A stretch of 64,000 nt of DNA, from the NCBI RefSeq assembly GCF_009914755.1, contig NC_060927.1; one strand, given 5' to 3'. The notes under the pieces are model-generated. The model was not told where the DNA came from and did not search any database. It saw nothing but the letters and a program-made list of their open reading frames with translations. Below are positions 14,941-27,576 of the stretch, in pieces. A program made the translations under genes and the position numbers. Origin of the DNA: the human T2T-CHM13v2.0 reference genome, Homo sapiens. Position 1 is the first letter of the stretch. Each line of letters opens with the position of its first letter.

Positions 14941-17900
14941 CCAGTAGCCTAACCTACAAGGTATTCTTATAGGGCTATGACATAGAAAGTCAGAGGAGAA
15001 AGTAAACATGATAAATATCTTTAAAATAAAATGTGCATCTGCTCATTTCCTGCTTGCACCTCCAGAAGCTGCTTAAGAATATTCATCACTAGAATGAATA
15101 ACAACAAAATGTTATCCTATAAAAATTTGACTATGTAAAAAAATGTGAAATTATATAACAGTTTAAAAGACTTATTTCATATTTAAGTATATAAGGTTTA
15201 ATTAATTATAAAATATGGATGAAGTCTATTTTCCCCCTGGAAATCTTTAAAAGCATTTGTAACTAGAATGTGTAGATATATATAATTTCTCTGGATAAAA
15301 ATGTGAATATATATATATATATTCTTCTGGATAGAAAGCAATACACATATTGATTCCTTCTGGCAGAAGAGCATATAGATAGCCTTTCAGAACTATGTTT
15401 TCATAACTGTTACTATACATTTGAAGAAATAAACCCCATCAATCAATTAATTCTTTTCATTTTAAACATAACTGTCACCTTATGGAGAACATTAAAAATA
15501 TCATCTCCTTTTGCTTAACTATAGTAGACATTTGCATTAAAATAGGAGGATCTTTATTTCTTTAGAGTTCATCTATGCTGCCGGTTATTCCCCAGCTAAA
15601 CTCATAATCCTGTTTGCAACATCATAATCATTTACTCAACAAACAATCATGGTGTCACTAACAAAGAATTATGTCTTTAGGTAGGGGATAAACTACAGGC
15701 ACAGATGAACTCTGAGGAAATAAACATTGTTTTCATGCAAATGTGGCTAGTAATAAATAACCGGGGGTGAAAATTATGATGAAACAGAATATCCTATAAT
15801 AACGTATTTTAGGAGGCATAAATAGTATATACGTTTTTAAAATTTCTCCTGTCTGAAAGAATGATGCACAAGGTGTTCATAAAATTCTGGTAAAATTTTA
15901 GTATTTAAAACAGCTTTGAATTTACACAGAATAGAAGAAAGCTATAAACAGATGGGATGTTTCAGAAATATTTTTTAAAAATTAATTTATATATCTAGCT
16001 TTTAACATAAACACTGGCTTTTTACATCATTCAATCTAATTATCCATCTCACTGCAAGCATTCTGTACTTTTGATATTGAATGATTTTTGTGGATCACTT
16101 ATGTCAACTTGCACCTAAATTCATTTATTTATCCAACATTAGTTTGCCTGTATATTCAAAGATTACAGCATAAGCTCATAAAAAGTGATGATAATAAGCA
16201 TAGCAAAGCACTTTCCAGTTGCAAAAGTGTTTTTGAATTCATTACTTCATTTGATTTTCAACAACGTTCCTTTGAGCTAAGGAAAGTCAGTATCTTTTTC
16301 TCCATTTTATAATTAAGAAATACATTCATATTAGTCACTTTCCAGTTAGTAAGTAGTGTAATCTGATAATGTGAATATATACCCTGTTTTTCTCACTACA
16401 TATATCATCTTCCTTTGGGAAAATGTAGGGACCGACAGGGCTTCTAAATTGGATCCTGCATGTTCACTTATTTATTCATTCCCCTACTAATGACATCCCA
16501 TTCTGAGCGAGGCATCTGCTGGAGGCTGAGTTCTGTGACAATCAATATGGAACATGATCTATACTCTGTTGAAATGTATAGTCTAGTTAAGAGGCATATC
16601 TTCAAAAATCACATTTGTACATTAATAATTATAAGTTTTATGAAGCAAAAGGCAGGATGCAACGAGAAACAATGAAGAAAAAAGGGGCAAAAGGAATTAA
16701 TTTGGATAGAGATTAGATAAATGCTCTTTGAGAAGATACATTTTGAGACTTAAGAGATGAGAAATAGCATGTGCCAAAACAAGGATAAGATGAGCATTGC
16801 TCAAGATCTTTTCAAAAACTGAATAAAGGGACAGAGAGAATTGCTTTTTTCTGAATCAAGATATTATTTAAAATAGCTGAGAAGCCATTTCATAACATTT
16901 ATTTTTTTCAAGAAATATTTTCTATGCACCTCACATATAATGCCCAGCATTAAGTGATCTTAAAGGTAACAGATACCACTGGCCTGTGTTATGTGACATA
17001 CTCAGCGTACACTAGATATGAATTACTTCAATGAATATAAAAAATACTAAAACTATTAAATAAAATTTAATGTTAATTTGTCTGCAGCATGTGCATGTCC
17101 AGAGGCTGTAAAATTATAGAATTTCATATGACTATTACAGCACTACACAAGTCTGGGTATAAACTACGAATTTCAACAAGCATGTAAAATCAGGTGGTCA
17201 TTTATCCAATAGTGGTTAAAGGCGCACTGTACTGACTCCACTATTAGTAATATGGCTGAGGTTCTTGTGGAATATCTGTAACTCTCTCAGTTCCATAGTT
17301 AGAACCAGGTCCGTAGCAGCAATTTTAAGCATGAGCTTTAAAATGAGAGAACACATTGAAGCTGCTTCAGGCAAAGGCTCTAATTTTACTTAGTTTTTAT
17401 TTCCTCATTAGACTAATGGCAATGGAATTAAAGAACTTTCTATATGAGTGGTTATTGGAAGCAAATAAAGGCAGAAGGGGGCCTAGTCTACGCTGCCACA
17501 GAGGAACCTCATGTTTAATTTCAATGTATATTGGAAGTCAAATGACAATTTTTTTATCTCAGATTTGGCCAGAGATGTACTGATGACAATTAATTATCAG
17601 CTTAATATTTATTTCAAAATTCTTATATTGTAAAAGGTAGCAGCATCATATAAAATGATCTTCTGAGCTAGTTCACAAAAGACTCAAGCTATGGCTGAAT
17701 ACACAAGAGAAAACAGTAGTGGTCCAATCCTTCCCTAACAAGAATAGGACAACACCATATTCCTTTTATCTGAGAGAAGCACTGGTATAAATCAAACCCA
17801 GAGGAACAATTTGTTTCTTCATCACAAGGGAAAAGGAAGATGTCTTAGAGCAAAGGAGGGTAGAAAGAGTCATGAAACCTTAAACCTGAGCAGATATGCT

Positions 17901-18744
17901 AAAATATGTGCATATATTTTTCTATGTTAAAAGACGAACAGTAATGCTCATTTTAACTATAGATACTAAAATTCAGAAAGCCAGTAGTGTCAGGACAAGA
18001 TGCCAAAAGGGCTTTGGACACAAATGATGAAGATTCATTGGTGACTCACTGTTGTCTGTCTATGGGATTGTGACAGAGGACATGTTAAGAGGGCAGTAAT
18101 AATTGTGGAGGAGTCATACTCTTTTAAAAATTATATCTTTTGCAACATTTTATTCTGATAATATTACTTGCTTTCTTGATTGCTTATTGTCCACGTTTGT
18201 TAATCAGTTTCAATAGGATGCATTTTTATATTAAAAGACATGGAAATGGCTATAGGTCTCTTCTTCATAATTTTCTATTCTGTCAGTAGACGATGTGTGT
18301 GAATTTAGTACAGTTTATTAATGCCACAGAAAAAGTATCAAAGGTAAATTTACACTAAACAACCATCAGTCTTGTATAAGACTCACAGAGAAGACAAAAG
18401 AGTTTGAGTCTGGAGTCATGGCTACATTGTTGTCAGAGTGTGGCCAACTTTCAGGGATATTTTTCTGTTAAGTCAACAAACTCCATAAGGGAAAACTGTC
18501 CTAAAATGTCACAAAGTGATGACCACAAAATTATCATCCCATGTTTTCTCCTCTTTCTTAAGCCTCGACTTATAAGATTATAAATAACCATGGACTCCCA
18601 CCAATATCAAAATCTACAACTACTCAACACCAGCAAAATACTTCCCTTTGTCTTCTTTCTTTTGACTATCACAACAGTCCTTCAAACTGGCTGTATTGGG
18701 TTCTCCAGAGAAATAGAACAAATAAGATATGTGTGTCTATACAC

Positions 18745-18812
18745 ATCTATATCTATATATCTATATCTATCTATATATCTATCTACCTATCTATCAATTG
18801 ATCTATCTATAG
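18745..18812. repeat. Imperfect (TATC)n/(TA)n microsatellite within the MLT2
   Basis: atctatatctatatatctatatctatctatatatctatctacctatctatc. Confidence 0.85.
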
Positions 18813-19117
18813 AAAAACAGAGATTTTCAAGAACTGCCTCATGCAATTGTGGGATTAGCAAGTCCAAAATCCACAGGGCTGGCCTGCAGGCTGGAGACCC
18901 AGGGAAGATATGATACTGCAGCTCAAGCCTGAAGTCAGTCTGAAGAAAGAATTCCCTCTACCTTGGAGGACCTCAGCTATTTTATTTTTCTTAAGGCCTT
19001 TAAACTGATTTCACGAGTCCCACCCACGTTATGTAAACTAATTTGCTTTACTCAATGTCTACTTATTTAAATGTTAATCTAACCTAAAAAAATACTCTCA
19101 CAGAAACATCTAGAATA

Positions 19118-19550
19118 TAATTGACCCTTGAAAAACATAGGTTTGAACTGTGAGGGCCCACTTATACATGGATTTTCTTCTGCCTCTGTCACTCCTGAGA
19201 CACAAAACTCATATCCTTTTTTTTCTCGCCCTTCTCAGCCTGCTCAATATGAAGACAATGGTGAAGATTTTATAATAATCCATTTCTACATAATGAATAT
19301 TAAATATATTTTCTCCTCCTTATGATTTTCTTAGTAACATTTCCTTTTCTCTGACTTACTTTATTGTAAGAATACAGTATATAATACATATAACATACAA
19401 AATATGTGTTGACTATTTATATTATAGGTAAGACTTCCAGTCAACCATAGGCTATTAGTTACATTTGAGGGGAGTAAAAAGTAATACACAGATTTTTGGC
19501 TGTGCAAAGGGATGGTGCCCCAAGTCCCTGTGTTATTCATGAATCAATTA
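19118..19550. mobile_element. Tigger2a/MER28-like non-autonomous DNA transposon
   Basis: TA target duplication (19116-17 and 19551-52). Terminal inverted repeats taattgaccc / gaatcaatta. Internal 'cttgaaaaacataggtttgaactgtgagggcccacttatacatggatttt'. About 433 bp. Confidence 0.85.
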
Positions 19551-19572
19551 TAAGGTCTGACAAAGTATATGG

Positions 19573-19939
19573 TGTATTAGTCTGTTCTCACATTGCTAAT
19601 AAAGACATATTCAAGACTGAGTAATTTATAAAGGACAGAGGTTTAATTGACTCACAGTTCAGCATGGTGGGGGAGGCCTCAGGAAATCATGGTGAAAGGG
19701 GAAGCAAACACATTCTTCTTCAAGTGGAGCAGCAAAGAGAAGTCCTGAGCAAAAGGGGGGACAGCCCCTTATAAAACCATCAGATCACATGAGAACTCAT
19801 TATCACGAGAACAGCAGCATAGGGGTAACTGCCCCCATGATTCAATTACTTCCCACCAGGTCCCTCCCAGGACACCTGGAGATTATAGAAACTACAATTC
19901 AAGATGAGATCTGGGTGGGGACAGAGCCAACCCATATCA
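19573..19939 (-). mobile_element. THE1-family MaLR solo LTR
   Basis: tgtattagtctgttctcacattgctaataaagacata...gagatctgggtggggacagagccaacccatatca. 5-bp TSD tatgg/tttgg. Confidence 0.88.
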
Positions 19940-20067
19940 TTTGGGTATTGTAGACCAGTCACATTTTCACATAAAGCTAATCACTACATTGACCTTCTTA
20001 AAAAAAGATGCTTAGAGGTCTTTACTGTGTTTTGCTAGAGCAGAGTATGAAAAGTTTCACACCCATT

Positions 20068-20571
20068 TTATTTTTGGTCCTCTTTTTTTCTTTTATTGCA
20101 AATTTTTGAAGATACCAGAACTTCTATAAATGTTAAAAACCAGAAAATAAACAGTGTAATTATAGGTTCAATTGATGATACTAACTAGTGTGACTTGGCT
20201 GTCAAATGCACACTCTTGTTGATGACATAATTATTTAAAATATAATTGGACGATGAAATATTTCTTTAAGTATAATCATGTTCTGCCCTATAGTAGGTTT
20301 TATAGACACAGTTGTAACAGTTATTTCTTCAAATTCACCATATTTTACTAACATAATCTGCAATATAGATTAGTGGTTGACATATAATATATCATTGGAA
20401 GAATAAGCCCTTGAACTTATAATTTTACTTTTATTAGTTTGTAGCCTTGAAACATCAAAGACATTAGTAATCAAAATCTCCAGCACTTGGATAGGTAATC
20501 ACTTGGTTACTTTTCTCAGTTGTTTGCTTTACTCTGGGTACAAAATGGAAACAGTAATGAACAAATAATCT
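20068..20571 (-). other. ZBBX: ZBBX 3' UTR (end approximate)
   Basis: Follows the TAA stop. Minus-strand AATAAA hexamers at 20430-20435, 20092-20097 and 20067-20072. Confidence 0.6.
20092..20097 (-). terminator. Candidate polyadenylation signal AATAAA for ZBBX
   Basis: Plus-strand tttatt about 475 nt after the stop codon. Alternative signals at 20430-20435 and 20067-20072. Confidence 0.5.
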
Positions 20572-20698
20572 TTAAGTACTCTTTGACCACGGTAGTGTGA
20601 TGACATGTTGCTTGTTGAGAAAATCTTCCTCCTCCTCATCTGTACTGCTCTCAGAAAGTGACAGCAAAGACTGAATTTTGGTATCTCTTCCAGAACAG
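20572..20698 (-). CDS. ZBBX: ZBBX last coding exon: (S)[41 protein letters not shown]
   Basis: Acceptor atgtattttcag|C. Phase 2 joins the previous exon's AG to give AGC. TAA at 20574-20572. Peptide recognised as the ZBBX C-terminus. Confidence 0.9.
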
Positions 20699-21382
20699 CT
20701 GAAAATACATAACAAGATCAATACACAATATACAGAACCGGGTTTCAACTCTTCATTTATCTTCTGATCAATACTACATATGTTGGAGTTGCTGGAGGCA
20801 AGCAGATGTGAGGGGGCTGTATCAGACTGGGGCCATAATTTTCAATGTGCCCAATATACCAAGCCTCCTTTTAATGAGAAATTCTCATCATTCTCCCTCT
20901 CCCAAGAAATACAGCCACAGTAGAATCAAGGAGAGACTTTATGGTCTCTGATTGTGTCTTTTGTTGATGATTCAGAGGCACTTTAGAAACCTGCAGAGCC
21001 TCAGGGTCATCATTAAGAACATTCATCATCACATTGGCTGTTTAATAGAATCCCAGTGAATAGACTGCCAGATAAATCATCTCTTTTGTATACTGTAAAT
21101 TAGGACTATGTAGATAGCCAGTCAAGATATGCTGAAGCAAAAATTAATGACGGCATTTGTTTGTTATTTTATTTTGTTGCATTTTATTGGTGGCAGCAGG
21201 GGGCACCTTATTCTGTTAGTAAGGTCCCCTTATATTTTTAGTATTGAATGTCATTTGTTTTATGAATGATGAGAATACTTGTAGGTGTAGTTTGTTTTTA
21301 ATGATTTATCTAAGGGAAGAAAATATCAATCTTACATTGATCCTTTAAACAAATATAAATGATAATAGAAATGCAAAAATCC

Positions 21383-21500
21383 AGGCTGAGTGCAGTGGCC
21401 TGAGTAGTCCCAGCTGTTTAAGTGGCTGAAGCAGGATAGCCTGAGCCCAGGAGTTTCAGACCTACCTAGGCAACATGTTGATACCCTGTCTTAAAAAATT
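21383..21500 (+). mobile_element. Free Alu monomer (FLAM-like)
   Basis: ggctgagtgcagtggc...tgagcccaggagttt...ggcaacat...accctgtcttaaaaaa. Flanked by imperfect direct repeats agaaatgcaaaaatcca / agaaatgtaaaaacca. Confidence 0.75.
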
Positions 21501-22283
21501 TTTTTACAAGAGAAAGAAATGTAAAAACCAAGAACAACAACTCAATGATTTCCTCTTCCAGAAAGAATAAGAAACTCCTGATTCCCTTTTTACTGCAGTA
21601 TCAGATTTCAATTAAATTTCAATCAAAGAAATTTACAATACAAATAACTTATTTTATACTTATTTTAGTCTTTCTAGAAGAAATCCTGCTCCTTCTTCAA
21701 GGAATTGCAGTGTGTCAATAATAGACTGAAACAATAGACTACTTTTCTGAAACATTTACTAGTATAACCTACATTCCTTGTAAGCTGATCTGACCATCCC
21801 TAAATGTATTTTATGTGAGGAAAGAATGATATCATACAAATTAAAATATGTTATTGTTAATTTTCTAGGCTTGATTTCAAGAAAGAAACTTACTATTTGA
21901 TTCTAAAAACCTTATTCACATTGGGTAGGATTCTATTAATACAAAGTATTGACATTTATTAGGTTAATTAATTCAAATAAGGCCATTGATTTTCAATATA
22001 ATAAGAAATGCTGAAGGATTATTATATTCCAAATATCTTTTCATTTTTATGATACATATTGTACAGTAGAGAATGATCTCTTCACATTAAAGTAACAACT
22101 TTATAAGCCTTTTACTAAATCTCGATAATAGATCAGCAAAGGACCCAAACATTCTATAAAGAATGATCATATAAAGTATACACATGAGGACAATCTTTCT
22201 ATATATAATAAAGATAACTAGTTGGAGCTTGTCAAAATTTTACTACATACTATATTAATAAATAAACTGCAGGCTTAACTTAC

Positions 22284-22422
22284 CTCAATTCCTCAACTCC
22301 ACAGGGACCCCTCACATGTGAGGTCTTAAGGAAATCTGTGGAAATCTGACTTATATTCAGTGATTGGCTGCTGAAATCTGGGAACTCTTCTGAGGTTAAG
22401 CTGTAAAGCTTTTCTGAAGTAT
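22284..22422 (-). CDS. ZBBX: ZBBX penultimate coding exon (139 nt): (D)[45 protein letters not shown](S)
   Basis: Acceptor aaatatttcag|AT, donor GAG|gtaagt. Phase 1 in, phase 2 out. Open frame continuous with both neighbouring exons. Confidence 0.92.
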
Positions 22423-23184
22423 CTGAAATATTTTATTTCATGCATTGTCAAAACATAAATTCAAGAAACAAATATACAGCATATGGTGCTGAATGTTTAC
22501 CCAGAGTAAATTACAGGCAATACAAAGAAGGTCAGCATAGATTTTTAATTATTCCTCAATTTTCTAATGTTTGTGAGGTAAGTTTGATTTGAGATTCCAA
22601 ATTGGGGCATGGGTAGCAAGTCATTTTTATCATATTGATTTGTAAATATACATTACATTTATAACATGTGTCAAATGTCCTGAGACCTCATAAAATTTCA
22701 AAAAAAAAAATCAAATGACCCCCTTTAAAGCTACAATATTTTGCAGCCACTCAACCTGTTGGACATTTTGTTATCTTTTTTCTTATAAGAAATAAAAGCT
22801 TTACTCCCACACAGTCTAAGGGAAAGATTAGCCTTGGCAAAGTTGCTCTTTCTTTTTTGACTTCCTTGCTTTGTTTGAGTAGATAATAACTGTTCATATT
22901 TGAAAGCAGAGAAGCCTTAAATTTTTCTTTTCATGAAGCTGGCTTATGATTTAGCCTAGCTAAGGACAAATACTGCAAGTTAAACAAACAAAGTCTTTAG
23001 GCAAATGTATCTTCATATAAACTACCAAAAATTCAAGTATGTAACTAAATATCATTGTATATTAGAAAGGCTACAATGCCTTCTTTTTTCACTGCTGAAA
23101 TTATAATGAGCCACCTAACTTATACATAAAGTTATACTATGATGACTGTTAAAACTGTCAAAATTACTGGTTGCTATTCTTCCC

Positions 23185-23440
23185 TTTTTTTTTTTTAGAC
23201 AGAATTTCGGTCTTGTTGCCTGGGCTGGAGTGCAATGGTGTGATCTTGGCTCACCGCAACCTCCGCCTCCTGGGTTCAAATGATTCTCTTGCCTCAGCCT
23301 CCCAACTAGCTGGGATTATAGGCATGTGCCACCACACCCGGCTAATTTTGTATTTTTAGTAGAGACGGGGTTTCTCCATGTTGGTCAGGCTGCTCTTGAA
23401 CTCCTGACCTCGTGATCTGCCCACCTCGGCCTTCCAAAGC
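23185..23440 (-). mobile_element. AluS (AluSp-like), 5'-truncated
   Basis: Poly-T followed by the Alu body with 'tcttgttgcc', 'gcaatgg' and 'tttctccatgttggtcagg'. Stops at 'ccaaag'. Confidence 0.9.
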
Positions 23441-24910
23441 CCTTTACTTTTATGAGAGGACCAAATAAAACTCCTCCTGGTCACAGGAACCAAACATCAA
23501 CATACATGTGTTCTACAGTGGACTTGACTTTTTTTTTTTTTTTTTTTTTTTGGTGGTTAGTATCAACTTGACATTTTTGAGCAAATAGAGATTTCCCTAC
23601 TGAAAGTAAATCAGATTATTCCCACTGAAAAATAGACCTCAATAAATTTACACATGGAAGTGTCCCTAAATTTGTTTAGCCCCTTGACTTTGAAATCATG
23701 ATGCATGGGTACGTTCAATAAGCTTAGGATTTGGTTCCTGCTCCCACCATATCCTCAGCAATCAGGACTTTACCTGATCTAAATTTAGGGGCTCTATATA
23801 AGATTAATTTTGAAAAAGACAAAAGATTTTTTAGTTAAAATTTTTTAAACCTCCTAATTACTTCCATCTTCACTTAGAGATCAGGGAATTATGGGCCCAT
23901 GAAGAACTAATAACTTGCTGAAAGTCACACGGCCATATAGTGGAAGAGCTGAAACTACAACTAATCTCTGGTAGCTCACCAATATTGTAAATCACTCTGT
24001 TCCAGAATCTAATTCTTTAGCTTTAAGCTATTATCTTCTCTCCTATTTTTCCGTATGGTAAAAGAAGACCCAAGGCACCTTTACATGTCCTAATGAAAGG
24101 GAATGCTCCCACAAGAAAGCAGTAAATTCAGGATTTGGAACTGGTAGAATTACAGTACTGAAACCCAACAGCAATGCTTTGATCTAAAGAATACCAGCAG
24201 GTGAGATATCCAAACTCTATTATGCATTTGAGCTAATTGAATGAGCATAAAGCTGTTCCGAGTTGTGCAAATAGAATGAGTCTATTTTTCTAGAACTATT
24301 TATTCTCAAAATTATATTTCAGAATACCTGTAAAGTTAACAGGAACAAAGGTGATACCACTTGATTTTAGGTAACAGAAAAATCAAGGCAGAGAAAAATA
24401 AAACTGCTCATAACAACCCTATTGTAGGTTAGTGTTAAACTCAAAAGGTCAATTGTACACAAATCTGTCTGCTGATTTTTCTAATTCAGCACCAGGTAAG
24501 ACAGGATTAACATTTATATTAGAAAAGTTACAACTGGCAAGTCAGTTGATTGTTGAGAAATAAATTATAGTTAAACCTTTTCTATCCCTGGAGTAAGAGT
24601 ACCTTCTCTGATCATTGAGGAATCTCTTTAAAAATAATAGCAATTAGACTAAGGAGAAAAAAAATAGATAAAATATAGAGTTCTAAGGTGCATTTCTAAA
24701 ACTGAAGTCATTTAAAACACATACATAAAACTATATTCCATAGATAAATAAGCACTTAAATGAAATAAAACACTAAAGAAAGAAATATAAAAACTTCAAA
24801 GAATGAGAACCAATCAGAGAGGCTATTTCCCAATAAGGAACAACAACAACAACTCTAAAGGACTATCTAGAATAGCTACATATCTACATCCTAATATTAA
24901 AGACAGTGTG

Positions 24911-25128
24911 GGCCGGGCGTGGTGGCTCACGCCTGTAATCCCAGCACTTTGGGAGGCCGAGGCGGGCGGATCACGAGGTCAGGAGATCAAGACCATCCTG
25001 GCCCACACAGTGAAACCCCGTCTCTACTAAAAATACAAAAAATTAGCCGGGCATGGTAGCGGACCCGGGAGGCGGAGCTTGCAGTGAGCTGAGATCGCAC
25101 CACTGCACTCCAGCCTGGGCGACAAAGC
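24911..25128 (+). mobile_element. AluY-like element with an internal right-arm deletion and no poly-A tail
   Basis: ggccgggcgtggtggctcacgcc...ggatcacgaggtcaggagatc...ggtagcgg|acccgggaggcggagcttgcag...gggcgacaaagc. CpG-rich. Confidence 0.9.
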
Positions 25129-25291
25129 CCTATTTCTAACCTATTTCTAACACTTTAGCCTTCCTTAATTTTTATTCTTTCCATCTTCTCTCCCCTCTGC
25201 ACTATGTCTTGTTTATTTCTCCTTTTCCTATTCTCTCCATGCTTGCATCCCTTTACCTTCACTCTGCCCACACCCTCCCCTTCTTAAGTGG

Positions 25292-25669
25292 TGATATGGT
25301 TTGGATTTGTGTCCCCACCCAAATCTCATGTCAAATTATCATCCCCAGTGTTGGAGGAGGGGTCTAATGAATGGTGACATGATCATGGGAGAAGATTTCC
25401 TCCTTGCTGTTCTCATGATAGAGAGTTCTCATGAGATCTGGTTGTTTAAAAGTGTGTAGCACTTCTCATCCACCCCTTCCTCCTGCTCTGGCCATGTGAA
25501 GATGTGCCTGCTTCCCCTTCTGCCATGATTATAAGTTTCCTGAGGCCTCCACAGCCATGCTTCCCGTGCACTCTGCAAAACTGAGCCAATTAAACTTCTT
25601 TTTTTTTAATAAGTTGTAAGTTTTTTTTATAAGTTATTTCTTATAGCAGTGTAAGAATTAACTAATACA
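25292..25669 (+). mobile_element. MSTA/MSTB-type MaLR solo LTR
   Basis: tgatatggtttggatttgtgtccccacccaaatctcatg...actaataca. 5-bp TSD agtgg/agtga. Confidence 0.88.
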
Positions 25670-26766
25670 AGTGATTACAAAATTGATTTGAAGTAAAGGT
25701 TTCAAATTATTTATGTGGCATTGTTATACAGTGGCAAGACAAAGAAATGTGGGAGTAGCTTTGCCTGGGGTTGTGCCTTGCCTCTGCTATACATTTGGGG
25801 GAGACCATGGGCAATTACTGCATTGCCCAGAGCCTCAGTTATTGAATATGAAGAAAGGAAATTAAGAGTAGCATCTGCCCCATCTACTTCACCAAATAGC
25901 TGGTAAGATCAAATGGAGCAATATCACATATAAAAGCAACCAGTAATTATTATTACTGATTAAATGGTGTCATATTCCTTTTATTAACTTTTAAATATGT
26001 TTTCACTTCTATGTGCACCCAATTTGTTTTCTGCAATTCAAAGACACACTAAAGCAAAAAGACAGTCATTCTATCTCTTTGTAATTTGGCTGCCTTTTCA
26101 AGGGTTATCTAGTTAATTTGTGAACTATAAATCCTGATTAGATTAGCACTTTTACAGTTTAATACATTACTTAATGGTCAACCTATGAACAGAGACTCCA
26201 GTTACTCAAAAAGCCACTGCCTCACTGTTTTATTTCACTGACAGTATGGCCTATTGTCTAGTATCTGGTGCATTTTTATTATTTCTTATGTAAGAAAAAG
26301 TGCTTTCATCTCTTTTACTTGGGTCAGTTAATTATCTGTGAAGTCATACAAACACAAGATTGTTGTGGGAACTTAAAGACCATGAAGATTCTTAAACCAC
26401 AAATCAGATTGAGTTTGAAACAAATAAATCATTTTTAACTATTGAAGAAGTAAATGCTTTAAAGTGCATTATTACTAATACTTTTTCACAATGTGTATTT
26501 CCTAAATTTCTTCAGGCTACAGCAACATCCAAAAACTGACAAAGTGTCTTTATAAGTAAGTTATGCCAATATGTTAAGCTCATCAAGGAAGTAGTTATAA
26601 TGTTATTTATATAAAGCTATTTGTGGAAGGAATAGTAAGTGGCATGAACTACAGCTAACTATAATCCTCAAAGCAATACAGATGATAACTAGTTCTAGAA
26701 TGGAAACAGCTTTTAGAGTTTATTAAAAATTGGGTTTACCAAGAACATCTTACTGTATGTAGGAAG

Positions 26767-27556
26767 TGATACGGAAGTACGGCAGGGAAGTGCTGGATAG
26801 AGAAAGGCAGGTCCCTGGCTAAGGCTCCACACCACAGACCGAGGTGAGGACAGGCACTCCTGCTTTTGTGCACAAATGTTGCATTTCCCAAGACCACCCT
26901 GGCCCACCACATCCCCATCCTGGGCCTATAAAAACCTGAGACACTAGCAGGCAGACACACAGGTGGCCAGATGTTGAGAGCAGCACATCAGCTGAAGAAG
27001 ACACAAGTGGTTGGACGGCAAGAGGACGTCAAGCGATCATGCTGGCAAAAGAGCACACTGACAGACTCTGGCACACTGGCAGCCCATCAACCAGCGGGTT
27101 GAGATGGAGTTTGGCTAGGGCAGTCGGAGGAGAGCTGGGGCCACCAAGCAGCCTAACTCTAGGGGAAAACCATCTCCCTTCTCGCTTCCCCATCAGCGGA
27201 GAGCTACTTCCACTCAATAAAACTTTGCACTCATTCTCAAAGACCACGTGTGATCCAATTCTTCTGGGACACCAAGGCAAGAACCCAGGATACAGAAAGT
27301 CCTCTGTCCTTGTGACAAGCTAGAGGGTCTAATTGAGCTGGTTAACACAAGCCACCTACAGAGGGCAAACTAAAAGATCACCCTGTAACACATGCCCACC
27401 GGGGTTTCCAGAGCTGTAAACATTCACCCCTAGACACTGTCGTTAAGTGTCTATCTGTATGATCCCCGAGAGGTTAGAGCAGTGGGGCACTGAAGAAGCA
27501 AGCCACACCCTCATTGCATGCCCTGCAAGGGGGACTAGGGAACCTTTCCCATTTCA
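26767..27556 (+). repeat. 5' LTR of the gag-only ERV1
   Basis: tgatacgg...atttca, with TATAAAA (~26927) and AATAAA (~27216). Homologous to 30530-31349. Confidence 0.9.
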
Positions 27557-27558
27557 AA

Positions 27559-27576
27559 TGGGAGCTCTGCCAGGAT
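27559..27576 (+). promoter_or_regulatory. Primer-binding site, degenerate tRNA-Pro
   Basis: tgggagctctgccaggat vs tRNA-Pro complement TGGGGGCTCGTCCGGGAT (14/18), 2 nt after the LTR. Confidence 0.7.

Larger units (their letters stand above)
18692..19988 (-). mobile_element. MLT2 (ERVL) solo LTR, interrupted by a Tigger2a-like element and a THE1 LTR
   Basis: Starts 'tgtattgggttctccagagaaatagaaca', includes 'gcaagtccaaaatc...caggctggagacccaggga', resumes after each insertion and ends '...cacataaagctaatcactaca'. Confidence 0.8.

Noticed and set aside
4839-17583. Scattered short ORFs downstream of ZBBX
   Set aside because: They show no recognisable domains or consistent splice structure, many overlap L2/MIR remnants, and they are expected by chance.
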